64,000 nucleotides of DNA from Prolixibacteraceae bacterium (lineage in GTDB: Bacteria > Bacteroidota > Bacteroidia > Bacteroidales > Prolixibacteraceae). The notes under the pieces were generated by a model. It saw only the letters and a list, made by a program, of their open reading frames with translations. It had not been told where the DNA came from and did no database searches. The translations under genes were made by a program, and so were the position numbers. The stretch spans positions 5,588 to 69,587 of the forward strand of contig JAIBEY010000050.1 of the NCBI GenBank assembly GCA_019459525.1, in the 5' to 3' direction. Shown one piece after another: positions 28,283-38,866 of this stretch. Position 1 is the first letter of the stretch. Each line of letters opens with the position of its first letter.

Positions 28283-31200
28283 ATGCGAAAGGTTTTATTA
28301 TTGACTGTAATGTGCTTTGCTCTCTTAGGGAGTGCAATAGCACAGCAATCGGTATCCGGGACCGTTGTTTCCGAATCTGACGGACTTGGATTGCCAGGGG
28401 TAACAGTATCAGAAAAAGGAACCGGTAACGGTGCTCTTACTGATTCTGATGGTAAGTATTCCATTAAAGTGTCCTCAGGAAAAGCGACACTTGTGTTTTC
28501 GTTTATTGGAATGAAAACCGTTGAAGAACCAGTTAACAACCGGACTTCTGTTAACGTAAAAATGGCCTCTGAGGACATTGGCTTAGATGAAGTGGTGGTT
28601 ACCGCTTTGGGTATGAGCCGTGAGAAAAAAGCTCTTGGTTATGCAATGACAGAATTGAAAGGAAATGACATTGCAAAAATCAATGTCGTTAACCCAATCA
28701 ATGGACTTCAAGGAAAAGTCGCCGGGGTCCAGATCAATATGGGATCAGGCGGACCTCAGTCTGCAAACCGAATTTTGATTCGTGGTAACTCTTCTCTGGG
28801 AACAAACAACCAGCCTATTTTCGTTATCGACGGAGTAATTATTGACAACACAGTTACTGATAATGCAGAATGGGGCTCTACTCTTGACTTTGGTAATGAC
28901 ATTAAAAACTTAAACTCTGATGACTTTGAAACAGTTTCTGTTTTAAAAGGTGCCGCAGCAACTGCTCTTTATGGCTCTCGTGCTGCAAATGGTGTAATTC
29001 TTATCTCAACAAAAAAAGGAAAAAAAAGTGAAGGATTGGGAGTTAGCCTTTCACGGTCACAATCGTGGGACGATGTTTATGACTTTCCTGATTTCCAAAA
29101 CGAATATGGATCGGGTTTGTATCCTGCATGGCCTCTTAATACAGCCGGTCAGGAAGTTAGAAGCACTACTGAAACCTTAAACTTCGGACCTAAATTTGAC
29201 GGGCTGCCTTATACCAGAAGTGGGAAAGAGTACATCCATTCAGCAAAAGAAGATAATGTAATGCAGATGTATCAAACCGGAAAATATGAGAATACCAACG
29301 TTGCACTTCAAGGTGGTGACGATAAAGGAACCTTCCGTTTTTCATATTCCAATTTGAAATCTAATGGTGTAACTTTAAACAACGAATTTTCCAGAAATAG
29401 TTTTAGTTTAAACACAACCCGGCAAATCAGCTCCAGGGTTAAAGCTGACGGAGGATTTTCATGGGTATTTTCTGAATCACAAAACCCCGCCTACCAGGGA
29501 GGTAACAAATCTCCAATTTATGATTTTATGTATTCTGTTCCACGTGATTATGACACCGGATATTGGAAGCAGAATTACAAGAGTGCAAAAGGCGATGGAT
29601 ATAATGGCGCCGATCCTTATGGTTATTCAGCTACAATATTTGAATATCTGGAAAATAATTACACCCAGAATGAAAATAACTTAAGGGCTAATTTAAATGT
29701 GGATATTGCCCTTCAGGATTGGTTAGTCTTAAAACTAAAGGGAGATATGTACAAGTTATATACCACCCGCGAAAGCAAAATTCTGGCAACTGGCCAGAGC
29801 AACTATGATGGATCTAGCTATGCAGTTAACGAAAACAAAAAAGATCAGTACAAAATAACTGCAATGTTGAATGCCTTTCACAAATTTGGGGATTTGAATG
29901 TTAATGGAACTGTTGCTATTGAACAATGGGATACCAAATCTGCTTATCACCGCACAAATTCAAGAAATGGATTACGTATTCCCGGACAGTTCGATATGTC
30001 TAATTCGGTTTCCGATCCTCAAACAACTGTAAAAAAGGATACGGACAGAAAACGAATCAATTCGGCCTATGCTTTTGTTAACTTTGATTATAAAGGTGAA
30101 TTGTATCTTGATGTTACTGGCCGAAACGATTGGTCATCATCGTTAATCTACGCCAATGGAGATGGGGCTGTTTCTTATTTCTATCCATCAGTTGGTTCTT
30201 CTTGGATTATGACAGAAACATTGAGAGATGCCCTTCCTAATGTTATTTCGTTTGCAAAATTAAGAGCATCATATGCAATTGTAGGTAACGACTGTGCTCC
30301 TTATTTAACAAGTATCGGTTACTATACCTTAGGCGGAACATTTAAAAATCCAACAAACGGAACCGATTATCCTTATTACAATTACGACTCAGACGCACTG
30401 CGTAACCAAAATCTAAAACCAGAAAAACAACATTCGGTTGAGCTCGGTACAGAAGTGAAATTTTTCGACAATCGTTTGGGCTTTGACTTGGCTTGGTATA
30501 AAACAAATACAAAAAACCAAATCCTGGCTTTATCTCAAGCTTCTGAAAGTGGTGTCAGAAGTCGGTGGATTAATGCAGGAAATATCCAGAACCAAGGGAT
30601 TGAGTTCTCACTAAGTGCTACCCCTATTCAAACCAAGGACTTTTCTTGGGATATCAGCTGGAATATTACCCGGAATGTCAATGAAATTATTGAATTGGCT
30701 CCGGATGTTAATAAATATGCTATCGAGGGTGGTGGAATGGATATGACAGCTTATGCGACTGTAGGCGGTGCTTACGGAGATATCTACACCCCATACGCCT
30801 ATACTCGTGATGCTAATGGGAATAAAATATTGAATGCTGATGGTTCTTGGAAACGTTCCGGAACAACTGAAAAAGTTGGAACCCTGCAACCCGATTTTTT
30901 GAGTGGTGTATTCTCAAGCTTAAAGTATAAAAGCTTTGGTCTTGGCTTTGTTATTGACTCCCGCTTTGGTGGCGATATCGCTTCAGGAACATATAACTAT
31001 GGTTCATATTCTGGAGCTTTGGCTCATACCCTTTATGGTCGTGATACTCAATATGGCGGATTACCAAGAACTCTTTCTGACGGACGCGTACTAAACGACG
31101 GTATGATTCCTGATGGAGTTTTTGCTGAAGGTACAACCATTGGCGGCGTAAATGTTTCAGGCCAAACGTATCAGGAAGCATACGAAAAAGGTATTGTAAA

Positions 31201-31522
31201 ACCTATTTCAGCCCAACAATACTATACCAACAAGCATAGCTGGGGTACTGGTATCAGAGAAGAAACTGTATTGGAATGCTCTTGGATAGCTTTACGCGAA
31301 ATCACTTTCTCTTGGAGTCTTCCACGTAACTGGATGCAGAAAGTTTACATGCAAAATGTTAATGTAGGCCTCGTTGCCCGAAACTTAGGTTACTTATACA
31401 ACAGTTTACCTGACAATATTCACCCTGAAGGGCTGTCATCAAACAGAAGCTCAGCTTTCGTTGAGATCGGAGGATCAGCTTATACAAGAACTTTTGGTTT
31501 TAATATTAACGTTACATTCTAA
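28283..31522 (+). CDS. SusC/RagA family TonB-dependent outer-membrane transporter
   Basis: CarboxypepD-like N-terminus, LDEVVVTALG, VLKGAAATALYGSRAANGVILI, NLKPEK, and C-terminal FGFNINVTF. Confidence 0.97.
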   Translation: MRKVLLLTVMCFALLGSAIAQQSVSGTVVSESDGLGLPGVTVSEKGTGNGALTDSDGKYSIKVSSGKATLVFSFIGMKTVEEPVNNRTSVNVKMASEDIGLDEVVVTALGMSREKKALGYAMTELKGNDIAKINVVNPINGLQGKVAGVQINMGSGGPQSANRILIRGNSSLGTNNQPIFVIDGVIIDNTVTDNAEWGSTLDFGNDIKNLNSDDFETVSVLKGAAATALYGSRAANGVILISTKKGKKSEGLGVSLSRSQSWDDVYDFPDFQNEYGSGLYPAWPLNTAGQEVRSTTETLNFGPKFDGLPYTRSGKEYIHSAKEDNVMQMYQTGKYENTNVALQGGDDKGTFRFSYSNLKSNGVTLNNEFSRNSFSLNTTRQISSRVKADGGFSWVFSESQNPAYQGGNKSPIYDFMYSVPRDYDTGYWKQNYKSAKGDGYNGADPYGYSATIFEYLENNYTQNENNLRANLNVDIALQDWLVLKLKGDMYKLYTTRESKILATGQSNYDGSSYAVNENKKDQYKITAMLNAFHKFGDLNVNGTVAIEQWDTKSAYHRTNSRNGLRIPGQFDMSNSVSDPQTTVKKDTDRKRINSAYAFVNFDYKGELYLDVTGRNDWSSSLIYANGDGAVSYFYPSVGSSWIMTETLRDALPNVISFAKLRASYAIVGNDCAPYLTSIGYYTLGGTFKNPTNGTDYPYYNYDSDALRNQNLKPEKQHSVELGTEVKFFDNRLGFDLAWYKTNTKNQILALSQASESGVRSRWINAGNIQNQGIEFSLSATPIQTKDFSWDISWNITRNVNEIIELAPDVNKYAIEGGGMDMTAYATVGGAYGDIYTPYAYTRDANGNKILNADGSWKRSGTTEKVGTLQPDFLSGVFSSLKYKSFGLGFVIDSRFGGDIASGTYNYGSYSGALAHTLYGRDTQYGGLPRTLSDGRVLNDGMIPDGVFAEGTTIGGVNVSGQTYQEAYEKGIVKPISAQQYYTNKHSWGTGIREETVLECSWIALREITFSWSLPRNWMQKVYMQNVNVGLVARNLGYLYNSLPDNIHPEGLSSNRSSAFVEIGGSAYTRTFGFNINVTF

Positions 31523-31534
31523 GACAGCAACCAT

Positions 31535-33217
31535 ATGAAGACGCTTAAAATATCAATATTTTTACTCGTTGCGAGTTTGTTTTCATTAACACACTCCAGT
31601 TGTACTGATGAGTTTGTTGAAGTTAACAGCAACAGTAGCACTGTTTACAAGGTAGATCCTGTAAGCTTAATCTATAATGTTCAAACGAACACCCGAAGCA
31701 GTTCATGGGAATGGTACTATGACTATTATACCGCTCAGATGAGATGGATGCAGTATGGCTGTAGGGTTATTGGAAATACACCAACTGTTTATACGATCTG
31801 GAACCCGAATATTGGAGCCCAGCGCTATAGTAACTGTTGGATTAACACAGGTTCATATGCCCGCCATATCGAATATTACGTTCAAAGTAATATGCCAGAG
31901 GAGGCAGCGTCTTATTCTAACCTCATTGAAGCGGCAAAAGTTACTTTGATTTATCAAGGTATCATAACATCTGATTTTCATGGATCTCTAGCATATACCG
32001 AAGGATGGAATGCCCGTTCCGGAGGAGACATTACCGATCCTAAATTTGAAAGTCAGCAAGAACTTTATACGATCTGGGATGCTGAATTAAAAAATGCAAT
32101 CAGTAAATTCAAGACAAACACCAACCAAAAATCTATGGTAGGTTACGATATGGCATACAATGGCGATATCAATGGCTGGATTAAAGCTGCAAATGCATTA
32201 AGGTTGCGTATTGCTCTTCGGTTAATGAAACGCGATATTACAAAGGCAAAACAGATTGCAACAGAAGTTTTGGCTACAACTTCAGATCTTCCTGCGAAAA
32301 ACGAAGATGGATTTATTTTTTGGCTCGAAGGAAAATATTCTGAAAATGGGGACTACTATTCTATTAACGATTTAATCAGGGCATCAAAAGGTATGATGAA
32401 CTATTTAAATAAATACAATGACCCCCGTAAAAGAATGTTCTTCCGAATCAATAACCTTACTCCTGAAAATGTAGCTGAATACAATACCGGTCTTGCAGCT
32501 GACAAACAAATTCCAACTACATGGGGACGATGGGAAGGTGGAACTGCCAATACAGACGGCGGAGCTGCTGACAGGAAGTATGAACGGAACGTATTGGATC
32601 CAAGTGGAAGAGCAATTAGTATGCAAGCAGTAAACTTACCACAAACACGTATTTTTGCTGGCTCGTATGATAAAGGTTCTGGTGGTACTTGGTTTCCTAA
32701 TGTTACTTATCCAGACTTCTGTTTTATGGCTGCTGAATTTGTTTTAAATGGAGTTAGCAGTAATAAATCTGCCGAAGAGTGGTACACCAGTGGTGTTCGT
32801 GGATCTCTTGATTTATGGAATAAAGTTGGTGATTTCTGCAAAGTTCATGACTATGTACCGATGTCAGAGACCGAAATCACCACATTTATGAATCAGGAAG
32901 ACATTAAGTGGAACCCGGCCAAAGGATTGGAACAAATTTATTGTCAATCTTATATCGAACATTTCAAAAACTCGAACGAAGGTTGGGCTTTATGGAAAAG
33001 AACCGGCTATCCAACAACATCTTCGATTGTTGCCCTTGAAGATGTGTATGTGGGTGGTGTAAAACAAAATATGCCAAGACGTTCAAGGTTTACTATTCCG
33101 TTGGAAGGTACACCTAACTACCAAAATATGAAAGCTCGTATTGAGGATATGGCAAAAGATGCTGACTTTGGAGATATGTCAAGTGAATATGGCAGAATCT
33201 GGTGGGATAAAAAATAA
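31535..33217 (+). CDS. SusD/RagB family surface lipoprotein
   Basis: Lipobox SSC, WIKAANALRLRIALR, EGWALWKRTGYP and RIWWD. Confidence 0.93.
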   Translation: MKTLKISIFLLVASLFSLTHSSCTDEFVEVNSNSSTVYKVDPVSLIYNVQTNTRSSSWEWYYDYYTAQMRWMQYGCRVIGNTPTVYTIWNPNIGAQRYSNCWINTGSYARHIEYYVQSNMPEEAASYSNLIEAAKVTLIYQGIITSDFHGSLAYTEGWNARSGGDITDPKFESQQELYTIWDAELKNAISKFKTNTNQKSMVGYDMAYNGDINGWIKAANALRLRIALRLMKRDITKAKQIATEVLATTSDLPAKNEDGFIFWLEGKYSENGDYYSINDLIRASKGMMNYLNKYNDPRKRMFFRINNLTPENVAEYNTGLAADKQIPTTWGRWEGGTANTDGGAADRKYERNVLDPSGRAISMQAVNLPQTRIFAGSYDKGSGGTWFPNVTYPDFCFMAAEFVLNGVSSNKSAEEWYTSGVRGSLDLWNKVGDFCKVHDYVPMSETEITTFMNQEDIKWNPAKGLEQIYCQSYIEHFKNSNEGWALWKRTGYPTTSSIVALEDVYVGGVKQNMPRRSRFTIPLEGTPNYQNMKARIEDMAKDADFGDMSSEYGRIWWDKK

Positions 33218-33235
33218 TATTATTTTTTAGTTATA

Positions 33236-33270
33236 GAAAAGAGGTTACCCATTCAGGGTAGCCTCTTTTC
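33236..33270 (+). terminator. Intrinsic terminator after susD-like gene
   Basis: GAAAAGAGGTTACCC-loop-GGGTAGCCTCTTTTC. Confidence 0.8.
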
Positions 33271-33429
33271 GGATTTATACCTAAGACAATGTAAGCAGAA
33301 TAAAAAATATGGCTATTTCACTATAAACCATAAAACGCATTTCATTTCTACACTCCCACTCATCTTTCAGAAATAACACTGAAAGTAATTTCATCAATAC
33401 AACACAGCATTTTATTTAACCGATCGAAT

Positions 33430-35160
33430 ATGAAAATTACACAAATAAAAATCACTATTCTTCTGCTAACGTTTGAATTACTAACTTTAATATCGTTTGC
33501 TACACCTAAAAAAAACGCTGAACAACTTGAAGTAATATACCAAACTGTAGTGAACGGAAAAACCCGTCCCGATGGTCCGAAAAGCAAAGTTTTGTGTTCG
33601 GCTACAGCTTCCCGTTCGTGGGTTGAAAGCGATGACAAAAAGTTACTGCCTACAGTGGCCAAAGAAACCAGTTATGTCGATTACAGCGCACAAAAAACGT
33701 TTCAGCTTGCCCGCTTTTCCGACGGGAAAGTTATTCATACACCAACGACATTTTCAGAATATCCGGTGTTTACCGAGACCGGAGAAACTGCTGTAATTCT
33801 GGGCTATAACTGCAAACACCTCAAAACTTCACTCCGCTCCAATTCCATCGACATTTGGTACACGACCGAACTTGGGGTAAAAGGAACACCGGCAATGGGC
33901 TACGGAATTCCGGATGGATTGGTGCTGAAAATCGTAAGAAACGGCAATTACGAAATTGTAGCTACCGACATCAAACCCCTGAAGAAAAAAGATAGCGAAT
34001 CAATCTTGCCTGACCACATGGGCGAAAGTCTGGAGCTATCCTTATACAAACACCGAATCACCGAAAACCTGATTACAACCATACCTGTTTTCAACAACGA
34101 ACAAATCAGTTTCGGCAATGAAATCATCAACCCTACCGACCTGGAATCGGAAAAAACATTTAAATATTCGGCAGGAACGGTAATCCTTAAGAAAGTAAAA
34201 CTCCCGGTAGTACCCGACGACACCCAGCTTTTCGTTGAACTCCATCAGCATTCTGCCGGCGACGCTTACGACCGAACCGGCTCGGTGTTTATGATCCCTC
34301 TGGACAAAGAGCAGTCGTTTCTGGATGGCTTGCGCAACGGGACGAAAACGATGCCAACGATTCAGGCCCGAAATGGCAAATCGTACCAGGGCATGGTGGC
34401 TAACGATAAATTTTCTCCGTTGGTTGAAATCATGCGTTTTTTCACCTCATTCGGGATCGGCCAGTTCAACGACAAAGTGACTGTTTACGGCCAACAGTGG
34501 GAAGACTCCACGCTTTACAAACAAGATGTAACCGAACTTTTACCAGTTCTCCAGGGCGAACGCTGGATTGGCGTTTTTATTGGCAACTACGACAAAGGCG
34601 GTCACCGGGTGAGCCTGAAACTGAAATATTACCCCGGCAGCATGGAAGTTTCGGAAAAACCAGCAAAAAGATACTGGACGATGCCTTTGTTCAATACATT
34701 GAATGTGATGGAAATGTCGGGTCAGGAATACGGAACCATGTTCGAAAACGATTCACTGAAGGTGGACTTTGAAGTGCCTTCAGGAGTAAAAAATGTACAA
34801 ATGCGGTACATAACTACCGGCCACGGTGGTTGGGGCGGTGGCGACGAATTCAACCAAAAACAGAATACTGTTATCCTCGACAACCAGGTGTTATTTCAAT
34901 TTACACCCTGGCGAAGCGACTGTGCAACTTTCCGGCAATACAATCCGGCATCGGGTAACTTTTGGAATGGGGTAACATCGAGCGATTACAGCCGTTCGGG
35001 ATGGTGCCCCGGAACAGCCACCAATCCGGTCTATTTCCCCGTTTCAAATCTAAATCCCGGGAAACATCAGATTAAAGTGGCCATCCCGTTGGGCAAGAAC
35101 GAAGGTGGCAGTTTTAGCTCCTGGAATGTTTCGGGCGTGTTGATTGGTGAATACAAATAA
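33430..35160 (+). CDS. Peptide-N-glycosidase F family protein with an N-terminal GLPGLI-like domain (PNGase F-II architecture)
   Basis: GDAYDRTGS, EIMRFFTSFG, TTGHGGWGGGDEF and SRSGWCPG. The N-terminal ILGYNCK...IWYT...GIPDGLVL segment is GLPGLI-like. Confidence 0.9.
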   Translation: MKITQIKITILLLTFELLTLISFATPKKNAEQLEVIYQTVVNGKTRPDGPKSKVLCSATASRSWVESDDKKLLPTVAKETSYVDYSAQKTFQLARFSDGKVIHTPTTFSEYPVFTETGETAVILGYNCKHLKTSLRSNSIDIWYTTELGVKGTPAMGYGIPDGLVLKIVRNGNYEIVATDIKPLKKKDSESILPDHMGESLELSLYKHRITENLITTIPVFNNEQISFGNEIINPTDLESEKTFKYSAGTVILKKVKLPVVPDDTQLFVELHQHSAGDAYDRTGSVFMIPLDKEQSFLDGLRNGTKTMPTIQARNGKSYQGMVANDKFSPLVEIMRFFTSFGIGQFNDKVTVYGQQWEDSTLYKQDVTELLPVLQGERWIGVFIGNYDKGGHRVSLKLKYYPGSMEVSEKPAKRYWTMPLFNTLNVMEMSGQEYGTMFENDSLKVDFEVPSGVKNVQMRYITTGHGGWGGGDEFNQKQNTVILDNQVLFQFTPWRSDCATFRQYNPASGNFWNGVTSSDYSRSGWCPGTATNPVYFPVSNLNPGKHQIKVAIPLGKNEGGSFSSWNVSGVLIGEYK

Positions 35161-35254
35161 CAAATGCCCCATGCTCTTTGCCCTATGCCAAAAATAAAAA
35201 CAGGAGTACTCAGGAAATGGTCGAAAAAGTTGTACTTTTGTAGCCCTTAATACC

Positions 35255-35650
35255 GGGGCTGACTGGTTTTGACAGCGGGTAGAAGAGGTATGTAAGCATG
35301 TCGGGCCTTGATCGCACAGCCCGTTAATCTCGGCGGTCGAACCACAATTGGCGAAAATAACTACGCTCTTGCTGCGTAATCGAACTAAGTAGATTACACT
35401 TTATTCCGGCACCAGGTGCTGGAACGAGACATCGCCCGGGTGCTACTTCCCTGAAGCGGCCCGATCAGGCGGTGCAAATAAATCGGGGATAGTGGAAGTC
35501 TTGCTTCGGGATTTCTGCAAAATTAAGAAGCTAAGGTAAAAGTCGGTGGCCCTGATCCAGCTTTTATTCGAAAACCAAGTCTGGGGATAAACATGTAGAA
35601 AGCGTATTGCTTCCTCGTTTGGACGCGGGTTCGACTCCCGCCAGCTCCAC
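35255..35650 (+). ncRNA. ssrA: tmRNA; tag peptide (A)GENNYALAA* at 35350-35379
   Basis: 5' GGGGCTGACTGGTTTTGACAG, 3' GCGGGTTCGACTCCCGCCAGCTCCA, and a typical Bacteroidota tag. Confidence 0.97.
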
Positions 35651-35653
35651 GCA

Positions 35654-35689
35654 AAAAGCTCCTGTAAATGCAAATTTACAGGAGCTTTT
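35654..35689. terminator. Bidirectional terminator between ssrA and clpB
   Basis: AAAAGCTCCTGTAAAT / ATTTACAGGAGCTTTT. Confidence 0.8.
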
Positions 35690-35711
35690 CAATTCATACT
35701 ATCCCTCAAAC

Positions 35712-38300
35712 CTATTCGTATCTGAAAACAATTTCGTCATTTTCAACATCGACTTTTACTTTAGTGCGATTCTCCATTCGTCCGGAAAGGATTTCCTTCG
35801 ATAAATCGTTAATCAGATATTTCTGAAGCATTCGTTTAACTGGGCGCGCACCGTGTGTTGGGTCGTAGCCCACTGCCGCCAGCCAGTCAATCGCGTCTTC
35901 CGATATTTCAATGGTAAACTGATTATTCGGAATCCGCTGTAAAATCAGGTTAAACTGCAGGTTCACAATATTCCGCACATCTTTACGTGTCAATGGTGTA
36001 AACATGATCACTTCGTCAATCCGGTTCAGAAATTCAGGCGAAATGGTTTTCCGGAGCAGATCGAACAAATCGGTACGGGTTTGTTCCTCGATCTGCGCAT
36101 GGTTTCGTTCGTTCATTTGCTCGAAACGATCCTGAATCAAATGCGATCCGATGTTGGATGTCATAATGATGATCGTATTCTTAAAATTGGCAACCCGTCC
36201 TTTGTTGTCAGTCAACCGACCATCGTCAAGCACCTGAAGCAACACGTTAAAAACATCAGGATGGGCCTTTTCAATTTCGTCGAAAAGGATTACCGAATAA
36301 GGTTTCCGGCGAACGGCTTCGGTCAGTTGCCCACCTTCGTCGTATCCCACATATCCGGGAGGCGAACCAATGAGACGGGTCACCGAGAACTTCTCCTGGT
36401 ATTCCGACATATCAATGCGGGTCAGCATATTTTCGTCGTCGAACAGAAATTCGGCCAGAGCTTTGGCCAGTTCGGTTTTCCCAACACCAGTAGTTCCCAG
36501 AAAGATGAATGAACCAATGGGTCGTTTTTCGTCCTGAAGCCCTGCCCTACTCCGCCGTACGGCATCGGCCACTGCACGTATTGCTTCCTGCTGCCCCACT
36601 ACCCGTTGATGCAACTCATCTTCGAGGTGCAATAATTTTTCGCGTTCGCTCTGTAGCATCCGCGATACAGGAATGCCCGTCCACCGCGAAACAATTTGCG
36701 AGATATCCTCAGCATCAACCTCTTCCTTAATCAGGTGCTGCGCCTTATTGTTACTTAATTCCGTTTTTAATTTTTCGATTTCCACTTCAGCCTCACCAAT
36801 TTTACCATACCTGATTTCGGCCACACGGCCAAAATCTCCGGAGCGTTCGGCCTGTTCTGCTTCCAGCTTTAATGATTCAATTTCCTGTTTCTTTTGCTGA
36901 ATACCATCGATCAGCGATTTTTCGAGTTGCCACTGTGCCCTGAACTTCGATTGTTCCTGTTTCAGGTTAGCAATTTCTTCGTTCAGAACCGAAAGCTTCT
37001 TTTCGTCTTTTTCGCGCTTAATAGCTTCCCTCTCTATTTCCAACTGCATAATTTTGCGGTCAATTTCATCCAGTTCCTGTGGTACCGAATCCATCTCCAG
37101 GCGCAAACGTGCAGCAGCTTCGTCCATCAAATCGATGGCTTTATCCGGAAGAAAACGTTCGGTAATGTAGCGTTGCGACAGCTCTACCGACGCAATAATA
37201 GCCTCATCTTTAATCCTGACTTTGTGGTGGTTTTCGTAGCGTTCCTTCAAACCGCGAAGAATTGAAATTGCGCTCAATGTATCTGGCTCATCAACCGTTA
37301 CAATCTGGAAACGGCGTTCCAATGCTTTATCTTTCTCGAAATATTTCTGGTATTCATTTAGCGTGGTTGCGCCAATAGCCCGGAGTTCTCCGCGCGCCAA
37401 TGCCGGCTTCAGAATATTGGCCGCATCCATAGCACCATCGCTTTTTCCGGCACCCACCAACGTGTGAATCTCGTCGATAAACAGCACGATTTCACCATTC
37501 GCTCCAATCACTTCGTTGACAACGGCTTTCAGTCGTTCCTCAAATTCACCTTTGTATTTTGCCCCGGCAATTAATGCCCCCATGTCGAGCGAAAAGAGTT
37601 GTTTCGATTTCAGATTTTCGGGCACATCGCCCCGAACAATTCGCTGGGCCAAACCTTCGGCAATCGCCGTTTTTCCTGTTCCGGGTTCTCCGATCAGGAT
37701 CGGGTTATTTTTAGTTCTCCGCGATAAAATCTGCAGAATACGTCGTATTTCGTCATCACGGCCAATCACCGGATCGAGTTTCCCATCGCGGGCACGCTGA
37801 TTCAGGTTTACGGCAAAACGGTTAAGCGAATCAAATTTATCTTCGGCGCTCTGGCTGTCAACCTTGGCACCCTTCCGGAGTTCCTTCACCGCAATTTCAA
37901 GCTCTTTCTGTGTCACTCCTGAATCTTTCAGCATCCGGCTAATGGTATCGCCTGTTTCAAGCAAACCCATCAAAATGTGTTCGACCGACACAAATTGGTC
38001 GTTCATGTCCTGCATGATGGCAATTGATTTTTGCAATGCTTTATTGGCATCCGACGATAAATAAGCTTCACCTCCGGTAACTTTGGGATACGACTCTACA
38101 ATCCGGTCAAGCGCCTGCTGAATGACAACCGGGTTTGTTCCGAGTTTTTTCAGTAAAAATCCAACCACATTCTCGGCTTCATGAAACAGTCCCTTTAAAA
38201 TATGCCCTGTTTCAATTGCTTGCTGTTGTTTTCCCTGAGCCACAACAAACGCATGTTGTATGGCTTCCTGTGATTTAATAGTAAAATTATTGAAGTTCAT
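35712..38300 (-). CDS. clpB: ATP-dependent chaperone ClpB
   Basis: Two AAA modules ([16 protein letters not shown]), a middle coiled-coil domain, and [17 protein letters not shown]. Confidence 0.98.
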   Translation of the reverse strand: MNFNNFTIKSQEAIQHAFVVAQGKQQQAIETGHILKGLFHEAENVVGFLLKKLGTNPVVIQQALDRIVESYPKVTGGEAYLSSDANKALQKSIAIMQDMNDQFVSVEHILMGLLETGDTISRMLKDSGVTQKELEIAVKELRKGAKVDSQSAEDKFDSLNRFAVNLNQRARDGKLDPVIGRDDEIRRILQILSRRTKNNPILIGEPGTGKTAIAEGLAQRIVRGDVPENLKSKQLFSLDMGALIAGAKYKGEFEERLKAVVNEVIGANGEIVLFIDEIHTLVGAGKSDGAMDAANILKPALARGELRAIGATTLNEYQKYFEKDKALERRFQIVTVDEPDTLSAISILRGLKERYENHHKVRIKDEAIIASVELSQRYITERFLPDKAIDLMDEAAARLRLEMDSVPQELDEIDRKIMQLEIEREAIKREKDEKKLSVLNEEIANLKQEQSKFRAQWQLEKSLIDGIQQKKQEIESLKLEAEQAERSGDFGRVAEIRYGKIGEAEVEIEKLKTELSNNKAQHLIKEEVDAEDISQIVSRWTGIPVSRMLQSEREKLLHLEDELHQRVVGQQEAIRAVADAVRRSRAGLQDEKRPIGSFIFLGTTGVGKTELAKALAEFLFDDENMLTRIDMSEYQEKFSVTRLIGSPPGYVGYDEGGQLTEAVRRKPYSVILFDEIEKAHPDVFNVLLQVLDDGRLTDNKGRVANFKNTIIIMTSNIGSHLIQDRFEQMNERNHAQIEEQTRTDLFDLLRKTISPEFLNRIDEVIMFTPLTRKDVRNIVNLQFNLILQRIPNNQFTIEISEDAIDWLAAVGYDPTHGARPVKRMLQKYLINDLSKEILSGRMENRTKVKVDVENDEIVFRYE

Positions 38301-38601
38301 ATTTGAGTAATTTGTTTTTTAATTGTCTCATGGAACTCACCCGAAAATCGGGATGCGTTTCACATTTTCTGTTTTTATTGTTTCTGATTAAATACATGGA
38401 CGGATTCCTTCAAATGTTTAGCCAATGTTTTTAACCCTTGCATAACCGACAAATTGGCTGCTTACGGTTCCTTATACGGAAGTTTTTTCAGAAGGAATGA
38501 AAATTAAATGGAAATTTTGACATAATAAATGGGATTACGAAACTCGCCTACCCAACAAGTATAGTTACGCCAATCCTCAGGTTTATCTGGCATACGGGAA
38601 A

Positions 38602-38691
38602 TAAAAAAGGGATGAATTACTCCACCCCTTTTCTCACAAAACCAAATCTATTTCTATGAAAAAAAACTAACCTCTTATTTTTCTATTGTAC
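38602..38691 (-). ncRNA. Candidate sRNA, paralog 1
   Basis: Promoter TACCTTTG (minus strand, 38696-38703), core UUUUUUCAUAGAAAUAGAUUUGGUU, and terminator hairpin with U-tract (38603-38632). Confidence 0.7.
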
Positions 38692-38772
38692 GATTCAAAG
38701 GTACGGCGAATTAAAGTTAACACATCTGAATCAACGTTAAAGAACCTTAAATCTGGCTGGATAAATAATGAA

Positions 38773-38866
38773 CAAAAAAAGGATGGCCCCAACCATCCTT
38801 TTCTACCTAACCAAACCTATTTCTATGAAAAAAACCTAAAATGTGTATTACTTACTAAAAATCTAT
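38773..38866 (-). ncRNA. Candidate sRNA, paralog 2
   Basis: Promoter TATCTTTG (minus strand, 38871-38878), core UUUUUUCAUAGAAAUAGGUUUGGUU, and terminator AAAAGGATGG/CCATCCTTTT with U-tract. Confidence 0.7.

Noticed and set aside
35650-35712. Genomic island integrated at ssrA
   Set aside because: ssrA is followed directly by a terminator and clpB. There is no integrase, and no duplicated ssrA 3' end was noticed.
35443-35804. ORFs 35443-35673 (-) and 35607-35804 (+)
   Set aside because: They overlap tmRNA and its terminator, so they are shadow ORFs.
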